Shown here: positions 22,100 to 30,280 of the stretch, piece after piece
Layout: the number at the start of each line of letters is the position of its first letter
How positions within the stretch are numbered: position 1 is the first letter of the stretch
From: Candidatus Krumholzibacteriia bacterium
Lineage (GTDB): Bacteria; Krumholzibacteriota; Krumholzibacteriia; WVZY01
DNA: 63,358 nucleotides
Direction: 5' to 3'
Assembly: GCA_029863805.1 (NCBI GenBank)
Contig: JAOTUR010000001.1
Location: forward strand, 1 to 63,358
Notes under the pieces: model-generated
What the model saw: only the letters and a program-made list of their open reading frames with translations
Told to the model about the DNA's origin: nothing
Databases searched by the model: none
Translations under genes and position numbers: made by a program

Positions 22100-22212
22100 T
22101 AAAGAGGGTCGCACGCATCGCGAAATTGATGATTTAGCAACAACACTCGTACCCACGCCGATTTCGCGATATCATCAAACGGAAGTAGCTCAAAGCGGCC
22201 CTCTTTATTTTT
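22100..22212 (+). other. branched hairpin ending in a U-tract (orphan terminator-like element or candidate ncRNA 3' end)
   Basis: TAAAGAGGGTCGC (22100-22112) pairs with GCGGCCCTCTTTA (22195-22207), giving 13 bp with one G.U. Inside it, ATCGCGAAATTG (22117-22128) pairs with CGATTTCGCGAT (22159-22170), giving 12 bp with one G.U. The 3' arm runs into TTTATTTTTG. No convincing gene ends here. Confidence 0.4.
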
Positions 22213-22464
22213 GTATCTCCCAGACAGCTTTCACTCGTTCAAGCGGACTCGCATCGCCCCGCCCGTGGCGCCTATCAACGGAAGAACCAACGGACTGACG
22301 TCCAGCGCACAGAACGGCTGATGGTGTAGGGGGGAGTGAAGCTTGACTGGCCATGTTGGTAGACAGCCCGGTCTTAGACCGGGAAAAACCCGTAGAAAGG
22401 CCAGCGTTCCAGCAATCTGGACACCATGAAGCAGGGGTACGGACTGTGCCGAACAACGCAGTGG

Positions 22465-22492
22465 TTGTCAAATATGTGGACTTGTGTATAAT
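22465..22492 (+). promoter_or_regulatory. sigma70-type promoter candidate for egtBD
   Basis: TTGTCA (22465-22470), a 16-nt spacer and a perfect TATAAT (22487-22492), about 100 nt upstream of the egtB start. Confidence 0.5.
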
Positions 22493-22596
22493 GTCAAGAC
22501 ATCGTATCACGGCGATCCGCTCGCTGTGCTGTGTGTGGGGAGGTTGCTAGTTGTTGCCAGTTTGCGTAACACAATCTCACGGGAGACGAATTAATC

Positions 22597-23922
22597 GTGT
22601 GTGCGAGCAGAAAAGCGGCAAGTGCCCCATCACCAGACGCCAAGCGTCACGACGTTGCGGCTAAACCACTTCTCGATCGATACGCGGAAGTGCGTGCATT
22701 CACCGACGAGCTGTGCCATCCGCTCGAGACCGAAGACTACGTCATCCAGACTATGGCTGATGTCAGCCCGACAAAATGGCATCTTGCCCATACCAGCTGG
22801 TTCTTCGAGACGTTTGTCCTGACCCCCCACTACCCGGGTTATGTGTCTCCACACCCCGCTTTCGCGTTTCTCTTCAATTCTTATTACAATGCCATCGGTG
22901 ATATGCACCCCCGTCCGCATCGAGGTTCGTTGTCGCGACCCACAGTGGCGGAGATTTTCGCTTATCGCGAACATGTGGACGGACATATAACAAGCTTGCT
23001 GGAAGGTTTGGATAAGCGCTCTTGTGGAGACATAGTATCGATTATCGAGTTGGGAATACACCACGAACAGCAACACCAGGAGCTCATTTTGAGCGATATA
23101 AAACACGTCTTCTCAAAGAATCCCTTGCAGCCCTCTTACAAATTGCAAGATGCGCCTGCACCGCGGGTCTCCGGACTCTCGCCGGCGCGGTGGGCTGACT
23201 ATCCAGAGGGGGTACACTCGGTCGGATTTGAGGGAGATGGCTTTTGCTATGATAACGAATCGCCACGTCACCGGGTGTTTCTAAATGACTTCCGTCTTGC
23301 ATCGCGGCTTGTGACTAATGGTGAATTCCTCGAGTTTGTGGTAGATGGGGGTTATAAGAAACCGGAGTTTTGGCTTTCCGACGGGTGGGCGACCGTGAGA
23401 GAAAATGGTTGGAAGGCGCCGTTGTACTGGGAGAAATCCGATGAGGGATGGCGGATTTTTACGCTGGCAGGCATGTCTGAGCTTGATGCAAGCGAGCCCG
23501 TGATTCATGTGAGCTACTTCGAGGCCGACGCGTATGCGCGTTGGGCCGGATGTCGCTTGCCCACGGAGGCGGAGTGGGAGGTGGCGGCTCGCGACGCACC
23601 CATCGAAGGAAACTTTGCCGATAGCCGCAGATTTCATCCTCTTCCCTTGTCGGGTGAAAGGCCGAATGGTGACATGGCTCAGATGTTTGGCGACGTGTGG
23701 GAATGGACACAGAGCCCGTATACGGCGTATCCGGGGTATAAGCCGGTGCCAGGAGCGCTGGGCGAATACAACGGCAAGTTTATGTGCAACCAGCTGGTGC
23801 TGCGAGGTGGATCGTGCGCGACGTCTCGTTCCCACATTCGGCCCACGTACCGCAATTTTTTTCCCGCTGCCGCGCGGTGGCAGTTTGCGGGCATACGTCT
23901 CGCGAACGACGCGACCAAGTGA
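22597..23922 (+). CDS. egtB: ergothioneine biosynthesis sulfoxide synthase EgtB (DinB_2 + FGE-sulfatase domains)
   Basis: 'SPTKWHLAHTSWFFETF', 'HHEQQHQELI', 'GWKAPLYW', 'EAEWE' and 'LRGGSCATSRSHIRPTYRNFF' are present. The start is a GTG with GGGAGA upstream. The gene is adjacent to egtD. Confidence 0.85.
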   Translation: MCASRKAASAPSPDAKRHDVAAKPLLDRYAEVRAFTDELCHPLETEDYVIQTMADVSPTKWHLAHTSWFFETFVLTPHYPGYVSPHPAFAFLFNSYYNAIGDMHPRPHRGSLSRPTVAEIFAYREHVDGHITSLLEGLDKRSCGDIVSIIELGIHHEQQHQELILSDIKHVFSKNPLQPSYKLQDAPAPRVSGLSPARWADYPEGVHSVGFEGDGFCYDNESPRHRVFLNDFRLASRLVTNGEFLEFVVDGGYKKPEFWLSDGWATVRENGWKAPLYWEKSDEGWRIFTLAGMSELDASEPVIHVSYFEADAYARWAGCRLPTEAEWEVAARDAPIEGNFADSRRFHPLPLSGERPNGDMAQMFGDVWEWTQSPYTAYPGYKPVPGALGEYNGKFMCNQLVLRGGSCATSRSHIRPTYRNFFPAAARWQFAGIRLANDATK

Positions 23923-23929
23923 TAATCCT

Positions 23930-24901
23930 ATGGCCCGACCGTTAAAAGTACGGGACTTTGCCCCGGAAACCGACAGCTTTCTGCAAGAGGTTATTACGGG
24001 GCTTCGCAAGCCCGTGAGGGAGATTCCCAGCAAGTTTTTGTACGATGAGCGTGGTTCGCGTCTCTTCGATGAAATCACACGTCTCGATGAGTACTATCCG
24101 ACCCGTACAGAGATCATGATCTTACAGCGTTACATAGGCGAAATTGTCGAATGTATCGGTCACGGCTCCATGCTGATCGAGTATGGGAGTGGAAGCAGCG
24201 AAAAAACCAGAATCCTCTTGAATCACCTTCCGGATCTGGCCGCCTATGTCCCGATCGATATATCTAAAGAGCACCTAACGCGCTCTGCTCAGGACATCGC
24301 CGAAAAGTATCCCCATCTCGAAGTACTGCCCGTCGCTGCCGATTACAACGATTCTTCGTTTCGTCTTCCGTCCAGCTCCAAAACGGTGTCGCATCGTGTC
24401 GTATATTATCCGGGATCAACGATTGGCAACTTTCATCCGCCTGAGGCGGTCGCGTTTCTGAGAAGGATTGCATTCCTGTGTGGTTCAGGAGGGGGTTTGC
24501 TGCTGGGCGTTGACCTAAAGAAAGATCCGGCCATTCTTCATGATGCCTACAACGACCGGGATGGGGTCACGGCCGAGTTCAATCTCAACCTGTTGAAGCG
24601 TATAAACGATGAGCTCGATTGTGATTTTCAGCTGGATCAGTGGAGACACAGAGCGATCTACAACAAAGAAGCGGGGCGTATAGAGATGCACGTCGTGAGC
24701 CTGTGCAAACAGGCGGTACATCTCAACGGTGCAGTCATCGAGTTTGAAGAGGGGGATAGCATCTGGACGGAGTCATCGTACAAGTATACGGTCGAGGAGT
24801 TTGACACTATCGCGGCCAGAGGCGGGTTCGAAGTCGAGAAGGTTTGGACCGATCCCGAAGACCTGTTCAGTGTTCAATACCTGACGACTTCAATGACGTG
24901 A
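23930..24901 (+). CDS. egtD: L-histidine N(alpha)-methyltransferase EgtD
   Basis: I trimmed the track ORF 23534..24901 to ATG 23930, because the upstream part overlaps egtB in another frame. 'IPSKFLYDERGSRLFDEITRLDEYYPTRTEIMIL', 'EYGSGSSEKT' and 'YYPGSTIGNF' are EgtD hallmarks. Confidence 0.85.
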   Translation: MARPLKVRDFAPETDSFLQEVITGLRKPVREIPSKFLYDERGSRLFDEITRLDEYYPTRTEIMILQRYIGEIVECIGHGSMLIEYGSGSSEKTRILLNHLPDLAAYVPIDISKEHLTRSAQDIAEKYPHLEVLPVAADYNDSSFRLPSSSKTVSHRVVYYPGSTIGNFHPPEAVAFLRRIAFLCGSGGGLLLGVDLKKDPAILHDAYNDRDGVTAEFNLNLLKRINDELDCDFQLDQWRHRAIYNKEAGRIEMHVVSLCKQAVHLNGAVIEFEEGDSIWTESSYKYTVEEFDTIAARGGFEVEKVWTDPEDLFSVQYLTTSMT

Positions 24902-24987
24902 TGCGTTTCTGCCCCACAAGAGTCATTGCCGTCCCCCGGTTGTCGGTTGAGTAGAGTTCATCACCTCTGGGTTGATAGCGACGACCT

Positions 24988-25704
24988 GTGCGAGGGTCTA
25001 TTTATTGTGGGACGTTTGGAGGGGTGACCGCCGTGTTTTTGCCGCTGATTACAGGAATTCTCGCGGGATTCGTACACGTGTTGGTGGGGCCGGACCACCT
25101 GGCCGCCGTGGGCACGCTCGTTGCCGATCAGAGACGAAGGCCGTGGAAAGTCGGATTTTTCTGGGGGGTGGGGCACACCTACGGTGTCTGGTTGATCGCG
25201 ATCCTAGTGCTCTTGTTCAAGGCGGTCATACCCATCGAGAAGCTCACCGGCGTAAGTGAGATTCTGGTGGGAATTACGCTGATCACCATCGGATTGTGGA
25301 GTCTTCGCAAGGCGCTGGTTCACAGGATTCACTATCACGAGCACACCCATGGTGGCGACAGTCACGCCCACTTTCACATACACAAGAGTGTCGACGAGCA
25401 ACATCAACGGGCAACACACGATCACACGCATGCCGCAACGGGTGTTGGTTTACTGCACGGATTGGCTGGAAGCTCTCATTTATTGGCCGTACTGCCCACC
25501 GCCGCTCTACCAGGCTGGACGGCGGTTGCTTACATTCTCGGCTATGGCTTGGGCTCGGTAGCGGCTATGAGTGGTTTTTCGTGGGTGATGGGCAGATTAA
25601 TGAGTCGTTGGATAGCCGCATACTCAAACACGTACAGTATCATCCTGGGCAGCTTTGCACTAGCGGCGATGGGTCTGGGCATCTTGTGGCTCGTTCACGT
25701 TTGA
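24988..25704 (+). CDS. metal (Ni/Co-type) transporter-like membrane protein with His-rich loop (NicO/UreH-like)
   Basis: About 6 TM segments. 'GFVHVLVGPDHLAAV' is present, and the central loop is 'HRIHYHEHTHGGDSHAHFHIHKSVDEQHQRATHDHTH'. The start is uncertain; GTG codons at 25024 and 25033 behind GGAGGGG are alternatives. Confidence 0.55.
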   Translation: MRGSIYCGTFGGVTAVFLPLITGILAGFVHVLVGPDHLAAVGTLVADQRRRPWKVGFFWGVGHTYGVWLIAILVLLFKAVIPIEKLTGVSEILVGITLITIGLWSLRKALVHRIHYHEHTHGGDSHAHFHIHKSVDEQHQRATHDHTHAATGVGLLHGLAGSSHLLAVLPTAALPGWTAVAYILGYGLGSVAAMSGFSWVMGRLMSRWIAAYSNTYSIILGSFALAAMGLGILWLVHV

Positions 25705-25927
25705 TCGTGGGTCAAATATTTTTCGCTTCCGTCTATCGTCTCATGGCGCTTAGGGCGCCAGTGGTTACTGCCGAGGCGATTTTACTTCCTCATCTCGACT
25801 GTGAAATGTGTTTCTGAACAGGTTTGCTGTGAGGTAAAACCTGAATGAGTCAATGCTCCGAGTTGGCTGACTTATTAACCATATGTATGTAAAGGATTAA
25901 CCGGCTGTCCAAAAACGGGGGTTAAGA

Positions 25928-27688
25928 ATGAAACGTCTTCTGTTGAGCATGCTGACTACTGCAAGCCTTGCCACAGCCTCGCCGGTCGCGGCGGCGGATA
26001 ACGGCGCTTCGGCGGATCTGCAAAAGTTGTTTAACGAAGACTGGGAGCTCTTTCTCGAACAGCACCCTTTGTCTGCAACCTTCTATGGAGACCACCGGTA
26101 CAACGACAAGCTTCCGCACGTCTCCGAGGAAGCGAACAGGAACCGGAAAGACATCACCGAGGCGTCTATTAGACGGCTGGATGCGATCGACCGCGAGGCC
26201 CTGTCAGCCGTGGAGCAGGTCAACTACGATATATTCAGGAGATTAAAGGAAAATCAAATCAAGGAATTTGAGTTTCGTGTCTACCTCATGCCCATTACCA
26301 ACCGAAGTGGATTTCACGTGGCCTTTCCACAGCTGCCCGATCGGGTTCCGCTCAATACCGTCACAGACTACGAGAATTATGTCGCGCGGCTGAATGGTTT
26401 CAAATCTTACGCACGGGAACATATCGAAGTGATGACAACGGGAATCGCCGAGGGGTATGTTCTGCCCAGAATCGTCCTGAAAGGCTTCGAGTCGACCATT
26501 GAACCTCATATTGTGGAAGACCCGACACATAGCCTTCTGTACAAGCCATTCAAAAACTTTCCCGACAGGGTGACCGTTCCGGATCGTCAGCGATTGTCCG
26601 AGGCCGGCGCCATGGCCATCAAGAACTCCGTTGTCCCTGGTTACCGGCTGTTTCTGAAGTTCATGCGCAGCGAGTATTTACCGGCCGCCAGGCTGGAGAT
26701 AGGGGCATCGTATCTGCCCGCGGGCCGGGAGTTTTATGAACACCGCGTGCATCGTTACACGACTTTGCCCCTGGCAGCGGAGGAAATCCACGATATAGGT
26801 CGTGCCGAAGTGGACCGTATTCGGGGAGAGATGGAAGAAATAATAGCCGAGGTCGGGTTCGAGGGAAGCTTCAGCGGCTTCGTCGAGTTCCTTCGCACCG
26901 ATGACCGGTTCTACGTCGACACGCCCGAAGATCTGATGAGACGTGTCGCGTACGTTCTAAAGAAGATGGACGGTGAGCTTCCCGGTCTGTTCAAGACGCT
27001 GCCCAGGATGCCGTACGGTATAAAACCCGTCCCCGAGTATATTGCACCTAAAACCACGACCGCCTACTACAACCGGCCCGCCGGCGACGGCACGAAGGCG
27101 GGCCTTTACTATGTAAACACGTACGATCTCCAGAGTCGTCCAACGTATGAGATAGAGGCGCTGTCGCTCCACGAGGCGGTTCCGGGCCATCATCTGCAGA
27201 TAGCCATCCAACAGGAGTTGGATGGTATTCCAGAATTTAGGCGTTTCACGGGGTTTACGGTGTTTGTGGAGGGATGGGCGTTGTACTCAGAGCGTCTGGG
27301 TCTCGAGGCCGGTTTCTACGAGGATCCGTATAGTAACTTCGGCCGCTTGACATACGAAATGTGGCGCGCGTGCAGGCTCGTCGTAGACACGGGTATGCAC
27401 TACCTCGGTTGGAGCAGGCAACAGGCGATCGACTTTATGGTGGACAATACGGCGCTGACGAAACACAACATCACCACGGAGGTGGATCGATATATTTCAT
27501 GGCCGGGTCAGGCACTCGCATACAAGATGGGTGAGCTCAAGATCCGTGAACTTCGCTCGATGGCTCAGGAGCAGCTCGGTGCAAGGTTCGACGTCCGGGA
27601 GTTCCATGATGTGGTTCTGGGCAGCGGTGCCGTGCCCCTGGATATTCTGGAGGCCAATGTAAATCGCTGGGTAAGCAACAGTGATTAA
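25928..27688 (+). CDS. secreted DUF885 family protein (metallopeptidase-like)
   Basis: There is a signal peptide (…LATASPVAAAD). 'LHEAVPGHHLQ' and 'EGWALYSE' match the DUF885 signature. Confidence 0.8.
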   Translation: MKRLLLSMLTTASLATASPVAAADNGASADLQKLFNEDWELFLEQHPLSATFYGDHRYNDKLPHVSEEANRNRKDITEASIRRLDAIDREALSAVEQVNYDIFRRLKENQIKEFEFRVYLMPITNRSGFHVAFPQLPDRVPLNTVTDYENYVARLNGFKSYAREHIEVMTTGIAEGYVLPRIVLKGFESTIEPHIVEDPTHSLLYKPFKNFPDRVTVPDRQRLSEAGAMAIKNSVVPGYRLFLKFMRSEYLPAARLEIGASYLPAGREFYEHRVHRYTTLPLAAEEIHDIGRAEVDRIRGEMEEIIAEVGFEGSFSGFVEFLRTDDRFYVDTPEDLMRRVAYVLKKMDGELPGLFKTLPRMPYGIKPVPEYIAPKTTTAYYNRPAGDGTKAGLYYVNTYDLQSRPTYEIEALSLHEAVPGHHLQIAIQQELDGIPEFRRFTGFTVFVEGWALYSERLGLEAGFYEDPYSNFGRLTYEMWRACRLVVDTGMHYLGWSRQQAIDFMVDNTALTKHNITTEVDRYISWPGQALAYKMGELKIRELRSMAQEQLGARFDVREFHDVVLGSGAVPLDILEANVNRWVSNSD

Positions 27689-27902
27689 ACCAGATACGAA
27701 GTCTCTGTGCGTCGGGTCAATTTCGATGTGACCTTGGGCAGGTATTTCGTGTCTATCCATGTGATCACATCGCACCCCAATATTTTGATCGACCCGCTGC
27801 GGTATCTTGTCATAAACTCAAAACACAGCGGCTGGCAAGCATCATCGGGGACGCGTATATCTAATAATTGTTCTTGGTTTTTTGCCCCAGGAGGGTGATG
27901 TC

Positions 27903-29063
27903 ATGAGATTCGTTTCTAGTGTGGCGTGTGTCGTTCTGATTCTGGCGTTCGTGGTAACCGGCTGCCAGCCCAAGCGATCCCGGGTAAAGATTGCCGACCT
28001 CGAAGACACAGTCGAGCGACAGAACGCAAAAATTGAAGAGCTCCAGTCATCGCTGGATGAGCAAGAGTCTGAGCTGGGCATGAAGCAAAGCGAGATCAAG
28101 ACCCTGGAGCAGCAAGCGCGCACCGCGGAAAAGCAAAGTCGCGAGGCCACCCGTACCGCCCAGGACACACCGGTCGCTGCGCGAGCCGGCGCGGACCTAC
28201 TGCCCAATGCCAAGGTTGGCGAGTGTTACGCGAAAGTATGGATTCCTGCGGCGTATGAAACCCTTAGCGAACGCGTGCTCAAGAACGAGGCAAGCGAGCG
28301 CCTCGAAGTTATTGCACCGAAGTACGAGTGGGTTGAGCAACAATTAGTCGTCAAAGAGGGCTCGGAGGAAATCGAGGTGATCCCGCCGAAATACGAGTGG
28401 GTCGAAGAGCAAGTGCTCGTGAAGCCCGAATCCAAGAAGATCGTGACGGTACCTGCGGTGTACGAAACCGTGACGGAGAAAGTCGTAGATACTCCAGCGC
28501 ACACCGAGTGGAAGAAGGGGCGCGGACCCATAGAAAAGGTCGACAATGCGACCGGTGAGATCATGTGTCTCGTGGAAGTACCGGCCACCCATAAGACGGT
28601 GAAGAAGCGCATGCTCAAGACGCCGGCGACGACAAAAGAAATCAACATCCCGGCGGAGTACAAGACGGTGAAAAAGCGTTTGCTAAAAGAGCCGGCGACG
28701 ACTCGCACGGTGGAAATCCCCGCGCAGTACGACGTGGTCAAAGTGCAGAAGATGGTCTCGCCGACCGATGTCAAGCGTATTCCGATCGAGGCGGAGTACG
28801 TGACGCTCACTTATCGCAAGAAGATCAGCGAGAGTCGCTTGGAGTGGCGCCCTGTGTTGTGTGAGACGAACATGGGCTCCAACGTCGTCTCCGACATTCA
28901 GAGGGCTCTGAAAAGCGCCGGTCATGATCCCGGTCCGATCGATGGTGTCTATGGTGGCAAGACCAGCCGAGCGATTACTTCGTACCAAAAGGAGAAAGGT
29001 CTCGCCACGGGCGGATTGACGATGGCGACGATCAAATCGCTGGGCGTCGTGGTAGGTCGATAG
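27903..29063 (+). CDS. lipoprotein with coiled coil, eight ~23-aa repeats and a C-terminal peptidoglycan-binding (PG_binding_1) domain
   Basis: ATG 27903 follows GGAGGG. The lipobox is 'VVTGC'. The C-terminus 'DIQRALKSAGHDPGPIDGVYGGKTSRAITSYQKEKGLATGGL' is PG_binding_1-like. Confidence 0.7.
   Translation: MRFVSSVACVVLILAFVVTGCQPKRSRVKIADLEDTVERQNAKIEELQSSLDEQESELGMKQSEIKTLEQQARTAEKQSREATRTAQDTPVAARAGADLLPNAKVGECYAKVWIPAAYETLSERVLKNEASERLEVIAPKYEWVEQQLVVKEGSEEIEVIPPKYEWVEEQVLVKPESKKIVTVPAVYETVTEKVVDTPAHTEWKKGRGPIEKVDNATGEIMCLVEVPATHKTVKKRMLKTPATTKEINIPAEYKTVKKRLLKEPATTRTVEIPAQYDVVKVQKMVSPTDVKRIPIEAEYVTLTYRKKISESRLEWRPVLCETNMGSNVVSDIQRALKSAGHDPGPIDGVYGGKTSRAITSYQKEKGLATGGLTMATIKSLGVVVGR
28242..28865 (+). 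repeat. intragenic tandem repeats (eight units of about 69 nt, with one unit enlarged) encoding (I/V)P-x-x-Y-E/K-x-V-x-(E/K)-x-(V/L)-x-K units
   Basis: The units are IPAAYETLSERVLKNE..., IAPKYEWVEQQLVVKEGSEEIEV, IPPKYEWVEEQVLVKPESKKIVT, VPAVYETVTEKVVD..., VPATHKTVKKRMLKTPATTKEIN, IPAEYKTVKKRLLKEPATTRTVE, IPAQYDVVKVQKMVSPTDVKRIP and IEAEYVTLTYRKKI. Confidence 0.8.
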
Positions 29064-29141
29064 CCGAGAAGGATACGACTTACACCCTCGTTCTTGAACA
29101 AGCAAACGGGCGTGAACGTAAGGACGGGTGGAACCGCGCAG

Positions 29142-29969
29142 TCAGTTTCGAGGCTGCGTGGTTTCGTCCGTCCTTTTGTAAACCAGAAAGCGACGGTCGC
29201 GGTCTGCGATCACGAGCATCACGGACCCTCTCAGCCTGTCTGCAAGCTCCTCGAGCGACGCCTCGTCCTGCAATGGCCCCTTGCCTGGATGCGGTCTTGC
29301 GTTGGGCACGAACTGGAGAAGTCTACTCAGTACTTGGGTTTTTACCGCGTAGCTGACATTGGGAAGTGGCCGCGCGGGCTCGGATCCCGTCGACGTGATC
29401 CCCAACATCGAGGTCACGATACCCACGACCTCCCCGCGCATATTCACCAGTGGGCCACCGCTGTTGCCCGGCTGTATGGGGACAGATGTTTGGTAACTGC
29501 GAACGTCGTCCCGGATGCCATTCTCGCCACTAATAATCCCGGTTGTGAGCTTTGGCTCTTCACCCATGATATCAATACGCGGAAAACCAATGGTGAAAAC
29601 ACGCTCGCCGAGCCGCCCTGTTGTGTCGGTCAACGGCAGAGCTTTGGGGAGACGATGGGGCTGGGCGGTTCGTAGGATCGCGATATCGCTCGTTTCGTCC
29701 CTGAGAACCACGTAGGCCTCGATCTGGTCCTGGTCGTTGGTGACGAGTTGGACCGTGTCGGTTTCGGCCACGACGTGGTTGCTGGTGACGACGTACCCGG
29801 CCGCGAGCGGCCAGGCAGTGCCGGTCGCCGATGTGACGATGGTGGGATGGTCGCTGGACCGTGGGTTTGAGTGTGCTGTTGCGCCGCCCATGATTAGCGC
29901 GATCAACGTGATTGTGGCCGCGGCGCGCGCGTTCACCGACTTCAACGTTCTATGGAGTATCGATAGCAT
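29142..29969 (-). CDS. secreted trypsin-like serine protease (S1C-like, no PDZ)
   Basis: There is a signal peptide. The catalytic residues sit in 'VVTSNHVV' (His), 'DIAILR' (Asp) and 'GNSGGPLVN' (Ser). Confidence 0.8.
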   Translation of the reverse strand: MLSILHRTLKSVNARAAATITLIALIMGGATAHSNPRSSDHPTIVTSATGTAWPLAAGYVVTSNHVVAETDTVQLVTNDQDQIEAYVVLRDETSDIAILRTAQPHRLPKALPLTDTTGRLGERVFTIGFPRIDIMGEEPKLTTGIISGENGIRDDVRSYQTSVPIQPGNSGGPLVNMRGEVVGIVTSMLGITSTGSEPARPLPNVSYAVKTQVLSRLLQFVPNARPHPGKGPLQDEASLEELADRLRGSVMLVIADRDRRFLVYKRTDETTQPRN

Positions 29970-30280
29970 ATCTGATGCGTCGCCAAGCAGTTATTCGCTC
30001 GCTCGTTGTAATTTCTGGGCCAAACCCGTTGATGCGTGTGAGGGATCAAGCAAAGTTAGGGCCAACATCACGGTCTACGGCGTGTCGAGACACCATGAGA
30101 CGTGCCACCAGAGAACGTGAGCGGGTGCTGGCGGGGAGTGAAACCGTTGTGAGGACCCAAAAAGTGCCTCCAGCCACGGATTGACAAAAGTCGACAAAAC
30201 CTATAACTTTATAGTTCTGGAACAAAGGTGCCCTCTCGCTCGGAGACGTGGCATCACCGGCGTTCGAGCGACCTATCCCT

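Noticed and set aside
21823-22137. ORFs 21823..22137 (+), 21854..22102 (+), 21846..22031 (-), 21971..22156 (-), 22205..22510 (-) and 22353..22550 (+) as protein genes in the 0.9-kb gap.
   Set aside because: They overlap one another, start at weak or non-ATG codons without a good SD, and show no recognisable motifs. I did not call them as CDS. Only 21854..22102 is kept as a remote possibility, because it stops at the base of the terminator-like stem.
22100-22207. An integron attC site or MITE as the explanation for the long inverted repeat.
   Set aside because: There are no RYYYAAC/GTTRRRY core sites, no integrase, no terminal inverted repeats flanked by target duplications, and no second copy of the element elsewhere in the window.
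22363-22376. 'ACAGCCCGGTCTTA' resembles the RNase P RNA P4 3' strand (ACAGAACCCGGCUUA).
   Set aside because: No matching 'GAGGAAAGUCCGG' 5' strand or other conserved RNase P elements occur within several hundred nt on either strand.
23534-23929. The long N-terminal extension of the egtD ORF (track 23534..24901, 455 aa).
   Set aside because: It overlaps the 3' end of egtB in another frame and is Arg/Cys-rich nonsense. EgtD homology begins at ATG 23930 (MARPLKVRDF...).
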